Positions 29,703-38,819 of a DNA stretch of 64,000 bases are shown piece after piece. This stretch comes from an uncultured cyanobacterium (lineage in GTDB: Bacteria > Cyanobacteriota > Cyanobacteriia > Phormidesmidales > Phormidesmidaceae), in NCBI GenBank assembly GCA_963793265.1, contig CAWBZI010000004.1, positions 702,901-766,900 on the forward strand, in the 5' to 3' direction. Within the stretch, counting starts at the first letter, position 1, and each line of letters begins with the position of its first letter. The notes below the pieces were generated by a model. That model saw only the letters and a program-made list of their open reading frames with translations, made no database searches and was not told the DNA's origin. A program made the position numbers and the translations under genes.

Positions 29703-31283
29703 TCAGGCATCCAAAGGGGTTTCCTTTTTGAGTGTCTTTTTGAGCATGAGCTGATGAGACTGGTGCAGCACGGCGGCGTGATTGGTAACGACTGCGATAA
29801 AGGCATCTATGCCGACTTTAGAAGACTGTGCGGGTTCGGTGGGATGATGCCATAGATAGTCTCTAAACAAGATGAAGCCGCCGGGCTTGAGAAGGTTCCA
29901 AGCCTGAGTGGCGATCGCCTTAACCTCATCTGCTCGCCTGCGATCGCTCTGTACCACAATTATCTCGAACGCCTGCTCTGATTTTTGGTCAGACGGCTTA
30001 CTCTCAAACGGTCTGCTCTCAGACGGTTTGCTCTCAGTGAGCCCGGCAAGCTGTTGTGGTAAATTGCCTACTTCAACAACAATCTTTTCAGCCTGAGCAC
30101 TTTTACGCAAGTTCATCTCGAAAGCTTCATCTATCTGAGGCGTTAGGCAAAGCAGGCGATCGCCTGGCTGCTGCAAAACTTCATCTGCTAGCCAAAACAA
30201 GCTGCCATCGTTACGAGAGCCCAGCGCCAGCGCTCGAATCAGCGATCGCTCAGCCAAACGCTCATTGAGCGGGGCTAGATGCGCTTTCCATAGCGAAATG
30301 CTCTCACTAAACCAGGTTAGGCCAAACTGATAGTCTTGCTCGGCGCAGCCCTGCCAGCCCTGAGCGGCAAAGGATTGTTGATGACAGCTTGCGGCCTGTG
30401 ATAAGTCTCCTTTACGGGCAAACGCATTGCCCATAAAGCCATAGATCCAGGGAAAGCGATCGCTCACGTTGAGCACCCCCTGACAGATCTCAATTGTCTC
30501 GTCCCATCGCTGCATTTGCATTAGCGTGTTCAGCAGGCCCATATAGGCCCAGTGGAGCTGAGCATCTATTTTCAACGCGCTGCGAAAACAGGCGATCGCC
30601 TGCTCAAACTGCTGCGCCTGCTTATGAACGCGCCCTAGCCGGTAGTGAGCCATCGCCTCATTAGGGCGCTCTTCTATCAAGCCCTCAAACAGCGCAACGG
30701 CTTTATCCCACTGGCGCTGCTGGCTCCAAACTTCACCTAGCGCGTAGTAGGCAGCAACATACTGGTTGTCTTGTGCGATCGCTCTTTCATAGCACTTGGC
30801 AGCCTGTTTACTGCGCCCCTGCTTTTGTAACACCTGGCCGAGCTGATGATGCCCTTGGGCCGTTGCGGTTTCAGGCTGTAGCGTCAATAGCTCATTGACC
30901 ACCTGAGTTTCCTCACGATAGTTGCCGAGCTGGTTGTAGATACCTGCTAGACGGCGACGAACGCTCGCATTCTCAGGCTGTTGTTCAAGCGCGTGCTGAC
31001 AAAAGTAAATCGCCTTGTCCCAGGCTTCGCACTGGCAGTAAACGCGGCCTGACTCGGCGTAGAACTTAGCGCGGTCTGGGGCCAGATCAAAGGCCATAGA
31101 TCGCCAGGGATAGGCTTCTTCAACAAACCCCATGCCGGTCAGCACATTGCCCACCGTCTGACAGGCTTCAGTCCATGAGAGCTGAACATTTGATGATTCG
31201 GAAGCAGCATCGGTAGGCGACGAAGAAACTTCTAACAGGTTTTCGCAGGCCGTAACCGCTTCGTCCAGATATTGCATCATCAT
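29703..31283 (-). CDS. TPR + degenerate class I methyltransferase-like domain
   Basis: ~7 TPRs; C-terminal ALALGS..AWNLLKPGGFILFRDYLW..GIDAF resembles Methyltransf_24 with altered motifs. Confidence 0.75.
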   Translation of the reverse strand: MMMQYLDEAVTACENLLEVSSSPTDAASESSNVQLSWTEACQTVGNVLTGMGFVEEAYPWRSMAFDLAPDRAKFYAESGRVYCQCEAWDKAIYFCQHALEQQPENASVRRRLAGIYNQLGNYREETQVVNELLTLQPETATAQGHHQLGQVLQKQGRSKQAAKCYERAIAQDNQYVAAYYALGEVWSQQRQWDKAVALFEGLIEERPNEAMAHYRLGRVHKQAQQFEQAIACFRSALKIDAQLHWAYMGLLNTLMQMQRWDETIEICQGVLNVSDRFPWIYGFMGNAFARKGDLSQAASCHQQSFAAQGWQGCAEQDYQFGLTWFSESISLWKAHLAPLNERLAERSLIRALALGSRNDGSLFWLADEVLQQPGDRLLCLTPQIDEAFEMNLRKSAQAEKIVVEVGNLPQQLAGLTESKPSESRPFESKPSDQKSEQAFEIIVVQSDRRRADEVKAIATQAWNLLKPGGFILFRDYLWHHPTEPAQSSKVGIDAFIAVVTNHAAVLHQSHQLMLKKTLKKETPLDA

Positions 31284-33961
31284 CGGCTGAGAGCCTCCTT
31301 GTGGTGAGAAGAATGGGGCAGAAAAGTCAAGCTAGCGGAATCTGAGAGAATTGTCTTTAGCAGCCTGCGTAAGTCGGACAAATCAATCATAAAATCTTCT
31401 GTGAGGCCGCTAGGGTACATCAACTGTCTGAGCGGGTGGCACTCAAAGCTTTTTCCAATTAAATAGTAGTGGTTTAGCTTGAGATGCTGGCTAATCATCC
31501 AGTAGTCGGTGCGCAGGTAGTAGGGCGAGAAGCACTCAATTACGGTCGCACCGGGGGAGCAAAACGCTAAATTCGTCAGGCTAGAGCCATGCGGACTGAT
31601 AATGATATCGGCTTCGGCAAATAGCTGCGACTGCTGGGTGACACTCATGGTTTCTAAAACCACTGGCACAAATCCGAACGGTTTGAGCAGCTCAACGACA
31701 GCCGCTTCGTTGAAAACATGACGGTATTTTGCCTGCGACCGGGTGATGTAAATACGTTTGCAGGCAGTGCTAGGTAAGTCTGCCGAAGCGCGCGCTGTTA
31801 AAAACGCATCTCGTAAAAAATCTATGCTACTCGGCGGCACCCAGTCTAAATGGCCTGGAAAGCTAGGTACAACAAGCTGCTCAGCTTGAATGTGGGGCAG
31901 GCGATCGCTGGCAATCACTTTTTCTAACGGCACCCCAAGCGCTGTTAACGTCTCTTTTTGAAATGCCTTTTCAAAGTTATTTACAACAAAGTAATCAATG
32001 TGACTGAAATCTTTTCCTTGCTGCTGAAGATTCTCCTTTAGAATTTTTAATCGGGGCAGTACATCAAACATCCAGTGATAGTAGATGTGACCAGAGAGCC
32101 CAGAGAGAATAGCAACGCTGCCCTGTAGTGTCTTCAGCTCGGGCAGCGGCGTTTGTCGGTGCAAAACGGTATGACTACCGGCATTGTGGCGATCGCACCC
32201 CGGCAGATACCAGGGAAAACAGCGAGAGAGGTCGCCTAGCAGATAATCATCTGAGGTAAAAATAGCAATTTCATGGCAAACCTTCCAAGCATTTTCCTGA
32301 GGCGCTATCCAGGCTTTGCCGTGAGGAATCGTGGCGACAAAGGTTGGAAAATCAGGCACACTAGGCGCTGCTTGAGCCGACGTACTAAAAGCGTTTTTGC
32401 TGACTTGAACAGGCGAAAACTGTTGAATAAGCTCGCCCATACAAGCGCCACAGGTAACCCCACCGCACTGAGGATCAAGCGAGACAATAGGAATCAATCG
32501 TTCGTTCTGAGTCTCATCCTTAGTTCCGACGGCGATTTCTGCCTGCCAATCTCTGTAGTAGCGATAGATACCGCTGATGGTTTGAGCGAAAGTAGGCTTA
32601 TCGGTGTTTGTCTGTTTGAGCTTGTCAGCGAGAACTTCAACAAGACGATTCGCCGTCAGCGAAAAGATTTCTGCTTGCAAAATGCCAGCCTGGTAGAGTG
32701 CCGCTGCCGCTGTCTGTCGCCCTTGATACAACAAACAATCTCCGAGAGCGCTATAAATTTCGAGCGCATGGGGATTGATAGAAAGCGCGCTGCGATAGCA
32801 CTGCTCAGCTCTAGCGGGCGCGTCGCAGGCCATAGAAAGCGCGCCCAAGTATTCGTAGATTTGGCACAGACGCTCTTGTAAAATGGCCTCAGTATCGGGC
32901 GATTGGGCCTGCTGTAGGGCGAGCAGAAAACGACCGCAGGTGCGCTGTAGCCGAAATAGGAGATCGCTTTGGGAAAGATGAATCGTGCGATCGCAATAAG
33001 CGGCTATCCAGTCGGGCGCTTGAGCGATTGCCTGCCGCAAACAGTCGAGTAGTGCCGACCATTCTCCTTTGGCAATTAGCAGCGCTGCATAGTCGTTCAA
33101 AATTGCCCGTTGCTGTAGATCGGGCTGCCTGTCTTGCCGGAGCGCCTGCTGAAAGTGATCGGCGGCTTTGTCTAAGTTCTGGTGGCTGCGCCAGAGTCGG
33201 CCCAAGTTTTGATGCGTTACTGCCAGCGTACTTTCTAGCACCAATGCCTGCTCGTAGGCCGCCATGGCAGCTTCTATATCACCTTTGGCCGCAAGAATTT
33301 GGCCCAAATTGTTGTGGAGTACAGCGCTGTTTGGCAGGGCCCTGATCGCCTGAGCCGACACGTCAGCCGCTGCTGCATAGGCGTTCATTCGCGTGAGTGC
33401 AGCGCTCAAATAGCAATAGGCTTTAATATGCTTAGGTCGTAGAAAAACGGTTTCCCGATAGCACTTGATGGCTTTACGAGTCTCGCCTTTTTGTTCGTGC
33501 AATAGGCCAAGCGCAAAGTAAGCGTCTGCGCAGGTGCGATCGCAGCCAAGTGCAAACTGATAGGCTTCGTAAGCCTGAGCCGTATGGCCAATCTGATGAA
33601 ATACGCTGCCAAGTCTGAAGGCTGCCTGGGCCCAGTTGGGATCAAGCTGAAGTGCCATCTGGTAGTGAGAAATAGCGCGCGAGTGCCTTTTTTGCCTGCT
33701 GTACAAAAGCGCAATGGCGTAGTGGCTCTGAGGTTGATACGGCTGCTGCGCTAAGCTCTGGGTATAGGCTGCGATCGCGCCTGTGTCATCGCCCTGATGA
33801 ACCAGCGCTTTACCCAATAGGGTATAGCATTCAGCCTGCTGGGCAGGCGCTTGCCGCTCTACACCTTGCGAAATTATCTGCTCACACAGGTGAACGACCT
33901 GATCCCACTCACCGCGCGTTGCGTGCGCTTGAAGCTGACCAGAAAAAGCCTTTATTAACAT
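31280..33961 (-). CDS. TPR + GT61 (DUF563) glycosyltransferase
   Basis: Many TPRs; IYYHWMFDVLPRL, RIYITRSQAKYR..NE, IISPHGSSLTNLAFC. Confidence 0.9.
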   Translation of the reverse strand: MLIKAFSGQLQAHATRGEWDQVVHLCEQIISQGVERQAPAQQAECYTLLGKALVHQGDDTGAIAAYTQSLAQQPYQPQSHYAIALLYSRQKRHSRAISHYQMALQLDPNWAQAAFRLGSVFHQIGHTAQAYEAYQFALGCDRTCADAYFALGLLHEQKGETRKAIKCYRETVFLRPKHIKAYCYLSAALTRMNAYAAAADVSAQAIRALPNSAVLHNNLGQILAAKGDIEAAMAAYEQALVLESTLAVTHQNLGRLWRSHQNLDKAADHFQQALRQDRQPDLQQRAILNDYAALLIAKGEWSALLDCLRQAIAQAPDWIAAYCDRTIHLSQSDLLFRLQRTCGRFLLALQQAQSPDTEAILQERLCQIYEYLGALSMACDAPARAEQCYRSALSINPHALEIYSALGDCLLYQGRQTAAAALYQAGILQAEIFSLTANRLVEVLADKLKQTNTDKPTFAQTISGIYRYYRDWQAEIAVGTKDETQNERLIPIVSLDPQCGGVTCGACMGELIQQFSPVQVSKNAFSTSAQAAPSVPDFPTFVATIPHGKAWIAPQENAWKVCHEIAIFTSDDYLLGDLSRCFPWYLPGCDRHNAGSHTVLHRQTPLPELKTLQGSVAILSGLSGHIYYHWMFDVLPRLKILKENLQQQGKDFSHIDYFVVNNFEKAFQKETLTALGVPLEKVIASDRLPHIQAEQLVVPSFPGHLDWVPPSSIDFLRDAFLTARASADLPSTACKRIYITRSQAKYRHVFNEAAVVELLKPFGFVPVVLETMSVTQQSQLFAEADIIISPHGSSLTNLAFCSPGATVIECFSPYYLRTDYWMISQHLKLNHYYLIGKSFECHPLRQLMYPSGLTEDFMIDLSDLRRLLKTILSDSASLTFLPHSSHHKEALSR

Positions 33962-34076
33962 ATCAACGGATTAATCGCCTTTAGATGGAGATCTCTTTTC
34001 CGTGCGATCCCCATCCACTCTCTTTAAATTCTCTTTCTCTAACGTTTTGCTTTTTTGTTCTTTTGGTATACGAAGA

Positions 34077-34143
34077 GACAAAAAGCGAACCCATGAACAA
34101 CAAGCACTATCACGTGCCCATAGATCATGAGCCCACTTTTGCC
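34077..34143 (-). terminator. Long G-U-rich stem-loop after the mini-RTX gene (terminator/attenuator/mRNA stabiliser)
   Basis: Minus-strand RNA GGCAAAAGUGGGCUCAUGA...UCAUGGGUUCGCUUUUUGUC, with inner AUGGGCAC-GUGAUA-GUGCUUGU. Confidence 0.65.
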
Positions 34144-34176
34144 TGCTATGTGACTTTCTTCTTTAAAAACCAGAAG

Positions 34177-34662
34177 TTACGTGATCAAGAAATCATCATT
34201 ATCGATACTAAGACCGGGATCTAACTGCAAGAATGCCTGATCGTTGACAGATACAATGCCAGTGGTGGCATCGTAAGTGACCGTAGCATTAGAGCCTGCG
34301 CCCTGAATGAAGATAGTGTCTTCACCCGAGGTAAAGTCAGTGATCTCGTCAACAAGGCCGCCGTCAGCAAAGTCGAAGATGAAGGTGTCAGCGCCCGTGC
34401 CGCCTTCTAGCGTGTCAGCGCCTGCGCCGCCGAACAACTGATCGTCGCCTGCGCCACCGAACATGATGTCGTTACCATCACCCCCTTTAAGTACGTCGTT
34501 ACCATCGCCACCAAACAGAATGTCATTTCCGCCTGCGCCAAAGATAACGTCGTCGCCACCACCAGAGTTAACAATATCGTTACCGTCAAGGGCAAAGATA
34601 GAGTCGTTTTGATCCCCAGTCGTGATGCTATTGGCCAGATTGTCACCAACTACGATAGACAT
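34177..34662 (-). CDS. Small RTX-only Ca-binding protein (probable T1SS substrate)
   Basis: ~8 GGxGxDxLx repeats, GADTFIF..DEITDF..DF tail; strong AAGGAGA RBS 8 nt upstream. Confidence 0.92.
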   Translation of the reverse strand: MSIVVGDNLANSITTGDQNDSIFALDGNDIVNSGGGDDVIFGAGGNDILFGGDGNDVLKGGDGNDIMFGGAGDDQLFGGAGADTLEGGTGADTFIFDFADGGLVDEITDFTSGEDTIFIQGAGSNATVTYDATTGIVSVNDQAFLQLDPGLSIDNDDFLIT

Positions 34663-35371
34663 AATATATGTCTCCTTGTATTAAATATAAAAAACTGAAA
34701 ATCTAGAAGTACACCCGTGCAAATGTCTACTTATTGCAGCCTTGAGCGATCGCAAACGTCGAACAAACAGACGTGCGGCTAGTGTAGAAACTTGGCGCTT
34801 CCCAACGGGTTTATATTAGCTTGTACTTTTCGCAGCGTTTGTGAAGATAGCGCAAAGAAGGAGCGTTATTTTTTTTGTAAATTGTCCTGATGTGCAGATA
34901 GCGTGTTTTTTAGTTTTGTCATCCGTGCGGTTTGCTACTTATGGTTTATATATTCTACGTACGGGTGATTGGTTTCTGAGGATACTACGCGTCATCTTTT
35001 ATGGCTGATAGGGTGCTAGAGAGGGCTCATCAAGAATAGTTGAAGTCTTCTCTGCGTAAAGATCGAAGCGCTTCATCTCGCTTTCATGTTGTAACGGTAG
35101 CCTATCCGTACCTTTCCTGTATGGCTACTTTTTTAACGTCTGCAAAACAGAACGTTCGCGTATCAATAGAGACTCAGCGGCGATACCGATGTCTTCAACG
35201 AAACATTATTTATGGACGCTAAAATTTTTTATGAGACAGAGAATTCAACGGGTTTGACACAAAAAGATAGGTAGGATTGCGTAATGTGGTAGCTTGCGAT
35301 CGCGCTTCGTTTCTTTTCCCTGTGCGCCGTCCAAAAGCCTTTCATTCAAAATCCCTTCGTTTAAGAATTTA

Positions 35372-36376
35372 GTGCTAACTACTAGCGTCATTATTCCAGT
35401 CTATAACTGCCAGTTGTACATCACCCAGGCTATTCAAAGCGCGCTAGCTCAGCAGGTAGACGAAGTAATTGTGGTTGATGATGGTTCTACTGACGATACG
35501 CCCCAGGCCGTACAGGCTATTGACGACCCTCGCTTGCGCTATGTCCATCAGACCAATCAGGGCGTTTCATCTGCTCGAAACCGCGGCATCAACTTAGCCG
35601 CAGGCACGCTTGTTGCTTTTTTAGATGCTGATGATTACTTTTTGCCAAACAAGCTAGCCCAGCAGCGCGCGCTGTTTGAATCAGATCCATCGCTTGGCCT
35701 GGTTCAGAGCGGCTGGCAGCGAGTAGATGAATCAGGTGCGCTCATTGATTGGGTAACGCCGTGGGCGATCGCACCCGATCTAACGCTAGAGAATTTTTTG
35801 AGGTTCAAACCCGTTCTGCCCAGTGCGCTAATGGTTCGGCGCGACTGGCTAATTCGAGTCGGCGGCTTTGACGTGCAGCTTCAGGCCGCTGAAGACGTTG
35901 ATCTGGTTTGTCGGCTAGCGCTAGAGGGCTGCTGCGGGCAGTGGCTTAAGGAGATCGCCGTCAGCTACCGTCAGCATCGTCATAGCGCAATGGGCAATGG
36001 CCTTGTGCAGGCGCGGGATCTCACTAAGTTTTTGAATAAATTTTTTCAACAGCCTGATTTGCCTAACGCCGTCAGGCTGCAGGAGCGCTCTGTTCGCTAT
36101 CACACGCTGGTGTGGGCAGCTTGGTATTTGTATGACACTGGTTATCTGCCAGAAATGGCCGAGCATTTGAAGCAAGCCTGGAACCATACGCCCTATCTGC
36201 CTATAGAAGCGCTGATTCATTGGAGCGATAGTTTTGCTGAGTTTTCTCAGGTCAATCAGTTGCCTGATCAGTTAGCCGGTCAACCGCTAGCTTTAACTGA
36301 ATATGAAGACTGGCAGCAGCTCGTGCGGTGGTTACTGAACCAGCATCCTAAAAATAAAGTTGAAAGTAGCCTGTGA
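35372..36376 (+). CDS. GT2 family glycosyltransferase
   Basis: SVIIPVYN..VDDGSTD..NQGVSSARNRG..FLDADD..AEDVDL; GTG 35372 preferred. Confidence 0.92.
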   Translation: MLTTSVIIPVYNCQLYITQAIQSALAQQVDEVIVVDDGSTDDTPQAVQAIDDPRLRYVHQTNQGVSSARNRGINLAAGTLVAFLDADDYFLPNKLAQQRALFESDPSLGLVQSGWQRVDESGALIDWVTPWAIAPDLTLENFLRFKPVLPSALMVRRDWLIRVGGFDVQLQAAEDVDLVCRLALEGCCGQWLKEIAVSYRQHRHSAMGNGLVQARDLTKFLNKFFQQPDLPNAVRLQERSVRYHTLVWAAWYLYDTGYLPEMAEHLKQAWNHTPYLPIEALIHWSDSFAEFSQVNQLPDQLAGQPLALTEYEDWQQLVRWLLNQHPKNKVESSL

Positions 36377-36657
36377 GCGCCGTGTTTGTACGGATGACAT
36401 ACTCACAAAGCGCTGGAAAAGCGGAAATAAGTTTGCTCAAACTTTACGACGCCTCCTGCTTGATAAAGTTTTGCTGTTCAAGCTAGGCCCATCAAACATA
36501 GAGCATACGGCGCTGTTTTACCATACTTACTGCAAGCGCTTTTGTTCTAGCGCCATCTGTTTATCTTGTGTGTCTCTAGCAGTCTCAACAATAGGTCTTC
36601 CCAACAAAAGAACACTATCTTCACTAAACACTATCCTCGACTGACTCCATAGAAATT

Positions 36658-37227
36658 ATGAACACACTTTTCACCAAAATAACGGCTGCAACAGCCGCTG
36701 TTATAGGCTTAGGCTTTTTGCCACTCTCAGAGGCTCAAGCCGCTAGCCTAATTAACTTTTCGTACGACTTTGACAACGGCGCGGGCTCTATTACCGGCAC
36801 TGTTGAAGGCGATGTGGCAGCCGATGGCGTGACTGTTGAGAATCCGACTAATTTCAATGCGACCTTTAGCGGTCTGCCCAATGTCACGTTCAATCAGTTC
36901 AGCAGCGGCTCTCAGCCCGTACTCACGCTGGGCACCATCACAGAGGCCGCTGTGAATGATACTTCTGTGCCTTTTGTTTTCTTGGCGGCTAGTAGCGACG
37001 GCGGTGCTCAGCTTCAGGTTAATTCTGTGCTAGCTGGGCAAACAGCTTTCGTCGTTGACCCCCAAGCACCGGATTCGTTTGTCCAAGATCTTAGCCGGTT
37101 TGGCACCTGGAATGCTGGCTTTGCAGAAGAGAGCACCGACATTCCTGAGCCTACGGCTGTACTAGGTCTGATGGTGGTCGCTGGCTATCTCGTACCCAAG
37201 TTCTCAAAGCGTCAAGCACAAGCATAA
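36658..37227 (+). CDS. PEP-CTERM sorting-domain protein
   Basis: Signal peptide ending AQA; C-terminal IPEPTAVLGLMVVAGYL..KR. Confidence 0.88.
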   Translation: MNTLFTKITAATAAVIGLGFLPLSEAQAASLINFSYDFDNGAGSITGTVEGDVAADGVTVENPTNFNATFSGLPNVTFNQFSSGSQPVLTLGTITEAAVNDTSVPFVFLAASSDGGAQLQVNSVLAGQTAFVVDPQAPDSFVQDLSRFGTWNAGFAEESTDIPEPTAVLGLMVVAGYLVPKFSKRQAQA

Positions 37228-37398
37228 GCGCTGAGGATATAAGAGAGAGTGGGTGTTTTCATACTGGCACTCACTCTCTTTTTGTTTTCTAAGGAGCGCG
37301 ATACAATCTATGTGTTGCAGCCCCATGTCGGGACTTTCCCATGTCGGGACTTGTGAGACAAGCGGTGCTGACTCACACGCTTTTGCTTCGTTATTGAG

Positions 37399-38808
37399 GT
37401 GGGCTGCTTGAATATTGCAAATTCTCCTGACAATATTACGCACGTTCTCAATCGGTTGAGCTTTGGGCCAGCACCGGGCGATCGCGCGCGCGTTGAGCAA
37501 GAGGGCATCAGCGCCTACATCAGCGGCCAGCTTAACTTTGACCCGGCTGACGAGCTAGCGGCGATCGCCTCAAACATCGCAGCGTTTCCTGATTTGAAGC
37601 GATCGCCCGTCGATCTATTCCAGCAATACGCCCCGCCCAAAGAGGCCACCGACGAGCAGCGCATGGCCGCGAACCGCAGGCAGGCAGGCGTATTGCAAGA
37701 GGCTGAAAGGGCCCGGCTGCTATTAGCTCTGGGCAGCGCGTATCAGCTTCAAGAGGTGATGACAGATTTTTGGTTCAATCATTTCAACGTGTTTGCGGGC
37801 AAAGGGCCGCTCAAGATGTGGGTTGGTGCTTACGAACATCAGGCCATTCGACCGTTTGCTTTGGGTAAGTTTCGAGACTTGCTTGGCGCTACCGCAAAGC
37901 ATCCGGCGATGCTGTTTTATTTAGACAACTGGCGCAATACCGACCCGAACAGCGCTCAGGCAAAAGGTCAGTTTAGAGGGCTCAATGAGAACTATGCTCG
38001 CGAGCTGATGGAGCTGCATACGCTGGGTGCAAATGCTGGCTACACTCAGGCAGATGTCGAGAGCCTAGCTCGAATCTTAACGGGATGGAGTTCGGTTAAC
38101 TTCCATCAGGCGGATCGTAACGAGAGTGGTTTTGTGTTCCTACGCGGGCGGCACGATGCCAGCGATAAGGTGCTGCTGGGTGAAGCGATCGCAGGTGGCG
38201 GCATAGTAGAAGGCGAACGCGCACTTAGCTTACTGGCTAGGCATCCGGCAACCGCGCGACACATTAGCTATCAGCTTGCTCAGTATTTTGTCGCTGACGT
38301 GCCCTCACCGAATCTAGTCACCAGCCTTGCAGATGTCTTTTCAACCAGTGATGGCGATATTAAAGCGGTACTCTTAGCGCTGTTTGAGCATCCTGAGTTT
38401 TGGCTGGCGGCAAACCGCAAGCGCAAGTTCAAAACGCCCTACCAGTATTTACTCTCAGCGGCGCGTGCCATCGGTCTAACCGCGCTACCTGATGAATTTC
38501 TCAAGCGGCTCTCAGGTGGAATAATTCAGCTAGGGATGCCTATATATAGATGTCGAACGCCGAATGGCTATGCTCAGGTAGAAGATGCCTGGCTGACTTC
38601 GGATGCGATGATCAGGCGGGTTAATTTAGCGATCGCCACCGTTAACTTTCAAGGTGATAATCGAGTGCCGCCGCCCGCTTTGCTAGCAAGAACGTTAGAG
38701 ACGATTGGCACTCAGCTATCAACAAATACCCAGCAGGTGATTGAGGGCGCGCCGCCTCATTTGCGGGTGGGTTTGCTGCTGGGTAGTCCTGAAATGATGT
38801 ATCGCTAA
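37399..38808 (+). CDS. DUF1800 family protein
   Basis: HVLNRLSFG, LQEVMTDFWFNHFNV, HPAMLFYLDN, NENYARELMELHTLG. Confidence 0.9.
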   Translation: MGCLNIANSPDNITHVLNRLSFGPAPGDRARVEQEGISAYISGQLNFDPADELAAIASNIAAFPDLKRSPVDLFQQYAPPKEATDEQRMAANRRQAGVLQEAERARLLLALGSAYQLQEVMTDFWFNHFNVFAGKGPLKMWVGAYEHQAIRPFALGKFRDLLGATAKHPAMLFYLDNWRNTDPNSAQAKGQFRGLNENYARELMELHTLGANAGYTQADVESLARILTGWSSVNFHQADRNESGFVFLRGRHDASDKVLLGEAIAGGGIVEGERALSLLARHPATARHISYQLAQYFVADVPSPNLVTSLADVFSTSDGDIKAVLLALFEHPEFWLAANRKRKFKTPYQYLLSAARAIGLTALPDEFLKRLSGGIIQLGMPIYRCRTPNGYAQVEDAWLTSDAMIRRVNLAIATVNFQGDNRVPPPALLARTLETIGTQLSTNTQQVIEGAPPHLRVGLLLGSPEMMYR

Positions 38809-38819
38809 AGGTGAGGAGT

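Noticed and set aside
32273..32881. 202-aa antisense ORF and similar ones (3947..4435, 16684..17160, 44625..45110, 46578..47060)
   Set aside because: Antisense to well-supported genes; explained by codon bias and repeats
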